Source: an uncultured Candidatus Saccharibacteria bacterium (lineage in GTDB: Bacteria > Patescibacteriota > Minisyncoccia > Phycocordibacterales > UBA918). From it: 39,464 nucleotides of DNA. This document shows, in pieces, positions 32,932 through 39,464 of the stretch (the stretch's first letter is position 1; every line of letters begins with the position of its first letter). The stretch is from assembly GCA_964432455.1 (NCBI GenBank), contig CAYSNO010000001.1, forward strand, positions 4,883-44,346, given 5' to 3'. A program made the position numbers and the translations under genes. Under the pieces are notes generated by a model. It saw only the letters and a program-made list of their open reading frames with translations. It ran no database searches and had not been told where the DNA came from.

Positions 32932-32966
32932 CGGCCCGTCGTTCAGTCACGGGCCGTCTGTGTTTT
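32932..32966 (+). terminator. Intrinsic terminator
   Basis: CGGCCCGT...ACGGGCCG followed by TCTGTGTTTT. Confidence 0.7.
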
Positions 32967-33013
32967 AGGTGCCGGTAGTGATTCACTTTTCATATTTGGT
33001 ATACTAGTACCAT

Positions 33014-33502
33014 ATGTTAAAAATTGGTAAAAAAGCCCCGACGTTTTCGCTCGTTGATCAAGACGGTGTTACTCATACGCACAAAGAGTTAGCTGGGCAA
33101 TGGACCCTTATCTATTTTTACCCAAAGGACGATACTCCGGGTTGTACCAAAGAAGCCTGCATGATTGCCGATGTTTACAAAGACTTTAAGCGGATGAAGG
33201 TGCAGGTGTTTGGCGTCAGTAAAGATACCGTAAAGTCTCATAAGAAGTTTGCCGAAAAGTACTCACTCCCTTTTACCCTCCTCTCTGACCCAACTATGGA
33301 GATGATGGACAAGTACGGTGCCTTTGTCGTGAAAAAGATGTATGGCAAAGAAGTGCGGGGTACCAACCGTATCTCGTACCTCATCGGACGAGATGGCAAA
33401 GTAGCGAAGGTCTATCCTGATGTCGACCCAGCGAGTCATGCACTTGAGTTGCTTACGGATCTCAAACAATTACTAAAAGCAGAGAAGATCGCTTCAATAT
33501 AA
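33014..33502 (+). CDS. bcp: Thioredoxin-dependent peroxiredoxin Bcp
   Basis: [15 protein letters not shown] active site. TGgTATACT (hexamer 33000-33005) lies 8 nt upstream. Confidence 0.9.
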   Translation: MLKIGKKAPTFSLVDQDGVTHTHKELAGQWTLIYFYPKDDTPGCTKEACMIADVYKDFKRMKVQVFGVSKDTVKSHKKFAEKYSLPFTLLSDPTMEMMDKYGAFVVKKMYGKEVRGTNRISYLIGRDGKVAKVYPDVDPASHALELLTDLKQLLKAEKIASI

Positions 33503-33513
33503 ATATTTCTTTT

Positions 33514-33825
33514 ATGATACTAACCACCACTTCAATTTTAGAAGGGAAGACCATTACCGACTACAAAGGTCTCGTGACTGGTGAAACTATCTTTGGTGCC
33601 AATGTATTTAAAGACATTATGGCGAGTGTGCGCGATATTGTCGGCGGTCGTTCGGCTACGTACGAAAAGACGATTGCGGATGCGCGTGAGACCTCACTGC
33701 GTGAGATGATAGCGCGGGCGGAAGCACTTGGTGCCAACGCGATTGTTGGTATCGATTATGACTACGAAACCATTGGTAATATGCTCATGGTGAGTGTGAC
33801 CGGTACTGCGGTGGTGGTGAGCTAG
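33514..33825 (+). CDS. YbjQ/UPF0145 family protein
   Basis: 103 aa with IVGGRS..YE and [13 protein letters not shown] motifs. Confidence 0.85.
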   Translation: MILTTTSILEGKTITDYKGLVTGETIFGANVFKDIMASVRDIVGGRSATYEKTIADARETSLREMIARAEALGANAIVGIDYDYETIGNMLMVSVTGTAVVVS

Positions 33826-33886
33826 ATGTAGATAAAGTCAAAGCGTATATAAACATAGGATATACTTATCATACAAGTATATATTT

Positions 33887-35503
33887 ATGTTACGCCTTTT
33901 AGTTTTGCTGGCTGGAAGTTTGACTGCTGCAGTGGGTTTTTCGTTAGGAAATTTTAATAGCTTTTTAAATCCAGTAGCCACCTCTACAGCTGGTACAACG
34001 CCAACCACCACAGCTCCGGTAGCTACCACCACACCTGCACCAGTACCGGTTGCGAGCACTTCACCGATAGTAGTGCAAAAAGTATCTACTACCCTCAACT
34101 ATGCAAGCCCTTACATTTCATTACATTCAGGCCCAGCCTTTGTTAAAAAGGAAGCTTTTGGTACGGTATACACCACTTTCAATTTGTTCGGTAATTACAA
34201 AACAGCGGTGGCGCAGGTACCCAACTATTCACTACGTTGGCCAGGCGGATCGCTGGCTGAACGTACCGGGGCTGATCGTGAGTATAATTTGACGTACTTG
34301 GATGTCTACAAAGAACCAGCCCCAGGTGATGCGGATTATCGAGCCAGTCTCCAACGTGGTCTTACTGAAATGCTGGCTTACGCAGTAGAGAAGAATATCC
34401 CGTTCACCATGGTCGTTCCTACCAAGCCTTACTTCAATAACGTCGCCCAGGGCCAAACGGATCTTCGCAACTTTTTGACGCGACTGTTAAAGGGTGATTT
34501 TGGTCCACTCCCAGCAAGTATTACTCTAGAAATTGGTAATGAAACCGCTTCTGCTGGCTGGACGAATAACAAATTTACCCCTGGCCCTGGTTCGTATGGA
34601 TTTGTTACCAATGCCTTTTTGACCACTATCAATAGTGTCGTTAGTGATGTCAAACTAAATCCCCAAAATCAGCGGATTGATGCAGCTATCTGGATTGGTT
34701 CAACCGAAAGTGGTATGCCGAATATCTACAATCAGATTTCGGCCGCCAATATGAAAACCGTTGATGGTTTTGTACACCATATTGGTCTGGTGAGTAATAT
34801 CAATGAATATGATTTTGCTACCACCACACGGAAGTTTGGTGTGGCAAAAAGTTGGTGGAGTAAGGCGTGGGGCACAAATGCACCGGAGATGAAGTTGATT
34901 GCCACCGAGTGGAATGTGGGCGGTTGTGATAAGCCATCAACCCCTGCCGGATATCTCAAGTATGACGTGGGAGCTCGTCAGGCACCAACCGTAGTGAATA
35001 CCTTTAGTCAGATGATTGGTGGTGGTCTTGATATGGGGATGTTGTGGGGTAACCAAAGCTGTCTATCACAGATGATTTGGCACGACGGTGAAAAGCTTAG
35101 TCACGGTGGGCATGCCTTCCGCCTTATGGCTGAGAGTCTCGTCGGGACACAGCTATTAGCTGGCAAGGTTAATGCCAATGGCTTCTGGACCCGTACCGGT
35201 ACTAACTATGATGTCATTGGGTATCGTGATAATACGAAGATGGTGGTATTTATTTCTGCTGGCGACATTCCAGCTACAGGACTCGATGTCACGGTCAATC
35301 TCACAAATATTGGTACCATCAAGTCAATTACCACTGAGACGGTCAAAACGACACTGACGCAGCCTGGTGATCCAAGTCCTGATGACGACCGAGCCTACGA
35401 AGCGCCAGTGATATCCACCGGCACACTCACGCCAACTGGCACGAGCTTCACCTATCGCCTTACCGAAGATTACGAACTGGCACGAGTGATTGTAAATCGC
35501 TAA
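33887..35503 (+). CDS. Secreted protein, possible clan GH-A-like glycoside hydrolase (tentative)
   Basis: Signal peptide and Thr/Pro linker. EIGNE and ATEWN motifs are spaced like the acid/base and nucleophile of TIM-barrel glycosidases. C-terminal beta-rich region. Confidence 0.45.
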   Translation: MLRLLVLLAGSLTAAVGFSLGNFNSFLNPVATSTAGTTPTTTAPVATTTPAPVPVASTSPIVVQKVSTTLNYASPYISLHSGPAFVKKEAFGTVYTTFNLFGNYKTAVAQVPNYSLRWPGGSLAERTGADREYNLTYLDVYKEPAPGDADYRASLQRGLTEMLAYAVEKNIPFTMVVPTKPYFNNVAQGQTDLRNFLTRLLKGDFGPLPASITLEIGNETASAGWTNNKFTPGPGSYGFVTNAFLTTINSVVSDVKLNPQNQRIDAAIWIGSTESGMPNIYNQISAANMKTVDGFVHHIGLVSNINEYDFATTTRKFGVAKSWWSKAWGTNAPEMKLIATEWNVGGCDKPSTPAGYLKYDVGARQAPTVVNTFSQMIGGGLDMGMLWGNQSCLSQMIWHDGEKLSHGGHAFRLMAESLVGTQLLAGKVNANGFWTRTGTNYDVIGYRDNTKMVVFISAGDIPATGLDVTVNLTNIGTIKSITTETVKTTLTQPGDPSPDDDRAYEAPVISTGTLTPTGTSFTYRLTEDYELARVIVNR

Positions 35504-35509
35504 CAATGA

Positions 35510-35546
35510 AAACAAAAACCGCTCGGATATCGAGCGGTTTTTGTTT
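35510..35546. terminator. Bidirectional intrinsic terminator
   Basis: AAACAAAAACCGCTCG-GATAT-CGAGCGGTTTTTGTTT. Confidence 0.8.
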
Positions 35547-35550
35547 GGGC

Positions 35551-35853
35551 TTAAGTCAGATTAGACTCGTCGATTTCTTTGACTTGGCCACGTTCGGTAT
35601 CGAGCACGACACGGAGTGAACGGTTTTGGTCATCAACAAAGATAACTTCAAACTCATCGTTACTCGTATCGGTGTCTTTGTCTTTCTCTCGGTCTGAGCT
35701 ACGTTCTGTGAGTGCGCTCTCTGGGCCATTCATATAAGCGAGAGTGGTGGTGTCTTCAGGGGTACCAAGCATCACCATCGCGGTGAACACAAGCGCGGTC
35801 AAGGTGACTTTGGTTACTTCGGTTACTCGTACTACGGTACTGGTTTTTGCCAT
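35551..35853 (-). CDS. Small membrane-anchored protein with PepSY-like C-terminus (tentative)
   Basis: Start set at MAKTST (CATACT box 6 nt upstream). One TM helix. The tail FEVIFVDDQNRSLRVVLDTERGQVKEIDE is PepSY-like. Confidence 0.45.
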   Translation of the reverse strand: MAKTSTVVRVTEVTKVTLTALVFTAMVMLGTPEDTTTLAYMNGPESALTERSSDREKDKDTDTSNDEFEVIFVDDQNRSLRVVLDTERGQVKEIDESNLT

Positions 35854-36001
35854 AATCTCAGTATGGCCACTTCGGTAGTTTTCGTCAACCAAAGCAATCA
35901 ACACGGGGCAATAGAGCTATAAAAATAAACAATCCCGTCCATGTAACAGGGACGGGTGGGTGGGGCGGCGGGGGACTAAAGGTCCCCCGCCTGTCTTGGC
36001 T

Positions 36002-36373
36002 TCAGCCGGTCTTCCGAACGATGAAGGGCGGCCTCGACTTGAGCGAGGTGATGAGCTTCCGGACGATCTCCTTCTGGTCCTCGTCGAGACCATCGTAGTC
36101 GCGCATCATTTCGACCGCACCTTGGCCATAGAGTTCGTCCATGGCCTTGGCGCCGTCTTTGAGGCCCTCGAAGAAATAGGCGATCGAGACGCCGAGCGCC
36201 TCGGACACGTCCCACAGGCGGGAGGCGCTGACCCGGTTCATGCCGGTCTCGTACTTCTGTATCTGTTGGAACTTGATGCCGACCTTCTCGGCCAGCTGCT
36301 GCTGGGTCATGCTCAGCGCCCAGCGGGCTTGGCGGATCTTCTTGCCCACGTGGGCGTCAACGGGATGCTTCAT
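36002..36373 (-). CDS. XRE-family HTH regulator of the alphaproteobacterial PraR/PhrR type
   Basis: VDAHVGKKIRQAR..LSMTQQQLAEKVGIKFQQIQKYETGMNRVSASRLWDVSEALGVSIAYFFEG. Strongly GC3-rich codons, unlike the neighbouring genes. Confidence 0.85.
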   Translation of the reverse strand: MKHPVDAHVGKKIRQARWALSMTQQQLAEKVGIKFQQIQKYETGMNRVSASRLWDVSEALGVSIAYFFEGLKDGAKAMDELYGQGAVEMMRDYDGLDEDQKEIVRKLITSLKSRPPFIVRKTG

Positions 36374-36463
36374 TGTACTTCTTTCTGTTTTGAGGGCTTT
36401 GCCCAGTTGCAACGGCCAATATTAAATCATACTTTTGCTAAAATTGCAAGTATATGGTCAAAC

Positions 36464-36495
36464 AAAAGACCACGGGCCTTGGCCCGTGGTCTTTT
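36464..36495. terminator. Bidirectional intrinsic terminator
   Basis: AAAAGACCACGGGCC..GGCCCGTGGTCTTTT. Confidence 0.75.
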
Positions 36496-36513
36496 GGTCG
36501 CTTTTAACCCGTT

Positions 36514-37185
36514 TTACTGCAGTTTGGTACGGAGCTGCCGCATCAACTGAATTTCCTTTGACTGAGATACGATAATATTCTGACTGAGAGTCTCGACCTC
36601 TTTGTGTTCGGTCACACCCTGTACACTATGCGCCATCATGATGGCACCCATATGATGCATGATCATATCTTCGAGGAATACCTTATCAAGTTCAACCCCA
36701 CTGAGCTTTGTAAGGTCGCGCATCATTGGCTCATATTTGCCTGATGGGGTATACGGTGTGCCGTACCAAGCCTGGTACCAACTCTTCATATCAGCAATTT
36801 CTTTTTCCTGGGCGATGATAATACCTTCGACGAGTGTTTTTATCTCAGGCGTCGTTGCTCCCCGGGCGAGTACTTCTTTTGCTGTGGTTACCGCTTCTTC
36901 GTGGTGGGGAATCATCTCGGTGAGGAATTCTTTTTCGGTAGATACCATCATCATCATGCCACCTCCCATGCCACCACCCATCATACCCATACCCGCAGTA
37001 TTAGTATTGTTGGCAGTTGTGTTGTTGCCCATCATTGAGCCGTCTGGCATCCGATGCATCCCCATGGGAATCACATCGTCACGGTCTTTGCGGTCATTGT
37101 CTCCTTGATATTCATGTGCGGCATAAAAGCCACTGGCGCCGCCGAGGATAAGTGCCAAGGCAGCAATCAAAATTGTATTGTTCAT
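36514..37185 (-). CDS. DUF305 protein with Met/Gly-rich metal-binding linker
   Basis: Two DUF305 repeats (MIPHHEEAV and DMIMHHMGAIMMA). Signal/TM segment. Linker GMGMMGGGMGGGMMMM. Confidence 0.85.
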   Translation of the reverse strand: MNNTILIAALALILGGASGFYAAHEYQGDNDRKDRDDVIPMGMHRMPDGSMMGNNTTANNTNTAGMGMMGGGMGGGMMMMVSTEKEFLTEMIPHHEEAVTTAKEVLARGATTPEIKTLVEGIIIAQEKEIADMKSWYQAWYGTPYTPSGKYEPMMRDLTKLSGVELDKVFLEDMIMHHMGAIMMAHSVQGVTEHKEVETLSQNIIVSQSKEIQLMRQLRTKLQ

Positions 37186-37218
37186 AGTGAATTGTTAGGT
37201 GAATAATAATTACTTCAC

Positions 37219-37644
37219 TCAACCATATACCTTTTGGTGCAAAATACCTTGGGCAAATAGTTCCTGGAATTGTCTGTACACAAACAGCATGAGTGCAAAT
37301 TTTCTTTGCCGGAGGAACGTATGGGCGTGCAGGAAGAGAAACGTTCGTAGTTGTGGTGAGACTAATTGCCAAAATACCGAAGCACCTGCAATAAGCACGA
37401 GCACTATGGCTGCAGGTAGTATGCTTTCAAAAAGGCTCCGGAAGGCTGCGAGGTGATCAAGTGCCGTCATAGGACAAAGTGTCTCACTGTGGTTCATAAA
37501 CGGACAGTCGGTCATGTGATGCATGGCGCCCATGTCGTGACTGTGGTTACTGGTCTGGTAACCCACCGCCATTACTACAAATATATGCATCGCTAGTAGG
37601 GCGAGGAGTACGGTAAGGGCGGTGAGGGTACGCAGCCAGGTCAT
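37219..37644 (-). CDS. His/Met/Cys-rich membrane protein (putative metal-binding)
   Basis: Two to three TM helices around NHSHDMGAMHHMTDCPFMNHSETLCPM. TACAAT at 37651-37656 lies 6 nt upstream. Upstream partner of the DUF305 gene. Confidence 0.55.
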   Translation of the reverse strand: MTWLRTLTALTVLLALLAMHIFVVMAVGYQTSNHSHDMGAMHHMTDCPFMNHSETLCPMTALDHLAAFRSLFESILPAAIVLVLIAGASVFWQLVSPQLRTFLFLHAHTFLRQRKFALMLFVYRQFQELFAQGILHQKVYG

Positions 37645-37701
37645 ACGCTTATTGTACTCCTGTTTGCGAGCACTGTCACAATAGTGTTTTTTAATTTCTA
37701 A

Positions 37702-38598
37702 TTACTGTTTTGGGAAGAGATTTACCAACTCATCTGATTGGAAAAACAGGGTACCAAGGTAGCCAAAGCTATACGATTGTCCACCGGTGGTGACTTTTGA
37801 ACCCGCTACCTGTGGATTGGCCTTTGGGGCAGAGGCAGCAAAGCCGAGGTTAAAAAGGGTAACGAGAATATCCGGTCGGTCTGCTACGTCGTAGCCAGCG
37901 GCCTGCCACTGCGCCGTGATTTGTTTGAGATAGATCGCCGTGTAGAGGTAGGAGTAGTAATGATCTTTTTCGTTGGTGAGGCGAGCAAATAAGGCCGCAT
38001 CAGTATCGGCTTGCTCGTCTACGGTATACGCGAGCAGAGCAGTGGTCGACTCACCGGTATAAAATGGCGAACTCGTACTGACTGCATTTTGTTCTATTTG
38101 CCGAGCCGTTTCTTGTTTGATGCCGGTCACCCCAAGTGAGAATTGCGACATGCTCCCGAGGAGCTTCAGTGGTTCAAAATAGCGCTTGAAGACATCGCGG
38201 TTGTCGGTAAAAAAGCGGGTTTGTTCTGGCACAACGGTGGCCGCAATCATGCGGGCGTCTACGCCAGTTTCTTTGGCGACACGGTTGATGACGTCCGCAT
38301 CTTTTTCGAGTCCACCTTTGACCACGTCCCAGTAGATAGTCTCGTTCCATTCGCAGGGTTCGGTTTGGGAGAGGGGAGGTCTGCAGCCGTTGGTGGTTTC
38401 TTCGATGGGGACTTCGGTACCATCGGTAGTGGTGACAAACGTCGGCACCCGGCCAAAAAAGGCATTACGTTCGATAATTGAGCCCGGCACATTAAGGAGA
38501 TCGTGCTGCATCCCAAAAAAGACACTGACGGTGGCGAGGCCAATCAAGGCCAAGACACCAACAAGTGCGATGCCAATATAGGAGAAGATACGCTTCAT
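37702..38598 (-). CDS. Membrane-anchored extracytoplasmic protein; faint lytic-transglycosylase-like E...S...G..Q pattern
   Basis: Start moved to MKRIFSY (TATACT at 38605-38610, 6 nt upstream). One TM helix. The pattern VVPEQTRFF..SQFSLGVTGIKQ is only suggestive. Confidence 0.55.
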   Translation of the reverse strand: MKRIFSYIGIALVGVLALIGLATVSVFFGMQHDLLNVPGSIIERNAFFGRVPTFVTTTDGTEVPIEETTNGCRPPLSQTEPCEWNETIYWDVVKGGLEKDADVINRVAKETGVDARMIAATVVPEQTRFFTDNRDVFKRYFEPLKLLGSMSQFSLGVTGIKQETARQIEQNAVSTSSPFYTGESTTALLAYTVDEQADTDAALFARLTNEKDHYYSYLYTAIYLKQITAQWQAAGYDVADRPDILVTLFNLGFAASAPKANPQVAGSKVTTGGQSYSFGYLGTLFFQSDELVNLFPKQ

Positions 38599-38665
38599 GG
38601 CAGTAGTATACCGTTTGTTGGTGGTTTTATATAGGATGGGGAAATGGGGGTTGGAAAAGATTTTA

Positions 38666-39199
38666 TTAACTAAAAAGAATTCCAACTACTATCAAGAGAA
38701 TGATTCCAACTACTGCGATACCAGATAGCCAAGAAATTACAGGAAATATTCTCTCTCCAATTTTCTGAAAGCGTGATGACGGTGGTACAGATTCGCCGTT
38801 GATAAAACGAACCGCATAGAGTGATTTAATAGCAAAAAATAAAACAATTGCTGCTAAAAATATATTACTGCCACCTTGTGCATCAGTGATCTTATTATAG
38901 AAAGTTACAATCAAGCTCATGCCTGACAAAGTAATCACAACCCATGCCGTCCATTCCTTCTTTATGTAGCCAAACAGAGAACCTGCAAAAATAGAAATTA
39001 CGCCATCAATCCATGACCCAGGCAAAATAGTAGTTAATAGTATTAAAATGATACCAAGAATAATGAATGTCCAAGCAATGGACATAATCACTTCATATCC
39101 CATTTCTTTTGAGATAATTTTCAATGACCATGCAGAGTTATTGGTATTTGATTTTGAAAATTGATACCAGCGAGGCTTGTGCTCTTGAACTTCATTCAT
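38666..39199 (-). CDS. Hypothetical polytopic membrane protein (AT-rich gene)
   Basis: About 5 TM helices. TGgTATAAT (hexamer 39206-39211) lies 6 nt upstream of ATG 39199. Confidence 0.6.
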   Translation of the reverse strand: MNEVQEHKPRWYQFSKSNTNNSAWSLKIISKEMGYEVIMSIAWTFIILGIILILLTTILPGSWIDGVISIFAGSLFGYIKKEWTAWVVITLSGMSLIVTFYNKITDAQGGSNIFLAAIVLFFAIKSLYAVRFINGESVPPSSRFQKIGERIFPVISWLSGIAVVGIILLIVVGILFS

Positions 39200-39225
39200 C
39201 AAAAAATTATACCATGATATTTTTG

Positions 39226-39246
39226 TGCACCTACGGGGAATCGAAC
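39226..39246 (-). repeat. Orphan direct copy of a tRNA T-loop/acceptor 3' end
   Basis: GTTCGATTCCCCGTAGGTGCA. 17 nt (39230-39246) are identical to tRNA-Glu 39415-39431. There is no matching 5' half. Confidence 0.7.
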
Positions 39247-39248
39247 AT

Positions 39249-39410
39249 TACATGTTCAGTACAGGTTGTCGCTATTTTTTATCGCTTCGCTCATAAAAGT
39301 AGCTGGCAACCTTTTCGATTCCCACGTAAACAGTCTCCCAGACTGTTTACTCGTAGGGTCACGCAACAAAAACGGCATCCACTAAAAGTGAATGCTCGTT
39401 TTTGTACACG
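39249..39410 (-). repeat. 160-bp structured mini-element between the tRNA-Glu 3' end and its direct partial copy
   Basis: Contains an inverted tRNA 3'-end copy split by a hairpin (39314-39363), the module shared with 13940-14000, and an A/T-clamped hairpin (39271-39303). Confidence 0.65.
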
Positions 39411-39464
39411 TGACCCTACGGGGAATCGAACCCCGGTTACAGGAATGAGAATCCTGTGTCCTAG
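39411..39464 (-). tRNA. tRNA-Glu (anticodon CTC), 5' part beyond the window; CCA not encoded
   Basis: ..CTAGGACA CAGGA-TTCTCAT-TCCTG TAAC CGGGGTTCGATTCCCCG TAGGGTCA. Resembles canonical tRNA-Glu (GGACAC, GTAAC). Confidence 0.85.

Noticed and set aside
33860-33882. Inverted repeat ATATACTT/AAGTATAT upstream of the secreted GH-like gene as an operator
   Set aside because: It is a short AT-only palindrome in an AT-rich promoter region and overlaps probable -10 boxes. It cannot be distinguished from chance.
35960-36550. 196-aa ORF on the + strand
   Set aside because: Antisense to the XRE regulator in GC-rich DNA, where long stop-free antisense frames are expected. It crosses a terminator and the composition boundary.

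Overview
Gene-dense 39.5-kb chromosomal segment. Gene content and style suggest a small-genome, uncultivated-type bacterium, possibly CPR/Patescibacteria-like; that is my inference, not a database result. There are about 45 credible protein genes. Housekeeping genes include mltG, an rlmB-like methyltransferase, mgtE, murJ, lepA, valS, tsaD, glmS and bcp. Metal homeostasis is represented by a Fur/Zur-like regulator divergent from a ZIP transporter, a P-type ATPase, and a DUF305 protein paired with a His/Met/Cys-rich membrane protein. Stress and envelope genes include prsW-hsp20, an SPFH protein, and secreted proteins with Thr/Pro-rich linkers. RNA genes are a type A RNase P RNA, tRNA-Arg(CCT), tRNA-Phe(GAA), tRNA-Val(GAC) and a partial tRNA-Glu(CTC) at the window end. 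I saw no rRNA, CRISPR array, integrase, transposase or reverse transcriptase. Five signals are not explained by the ORF track. (1) A mosaic family of structured non-coding repeats is built around inverted and direct copies of tRNA 3' ends: a ~550-bp array downstream of tRNA-Phe, a 160-bp mini-element downstream of tRNA-Glu, and a tRNA-less copy in the murJ-lepA spacer. (2) A ~195-nt candidate sRNA has its own promoter, a 13-bp closing stem and an intrinsic terminator. (3) A solo GIY-YIG nuclease cassette sits exactly at the valS stop codon, flanked by a 20-bp direct repeat. (4) A visibly GC-rich single-gene islet encodes an alphaproteobacterial-type XRE regulator. (5) Most host genes start 5-9 nt after a TAnnnT -10 box (leaderless or near-leaderless, no Shine-Dalgarno), whereas a handful of short orphan ORFs carry strong Shine-Dalgarno sites. 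All coordinates were hand-indexed and may be off by 1-2 nt.
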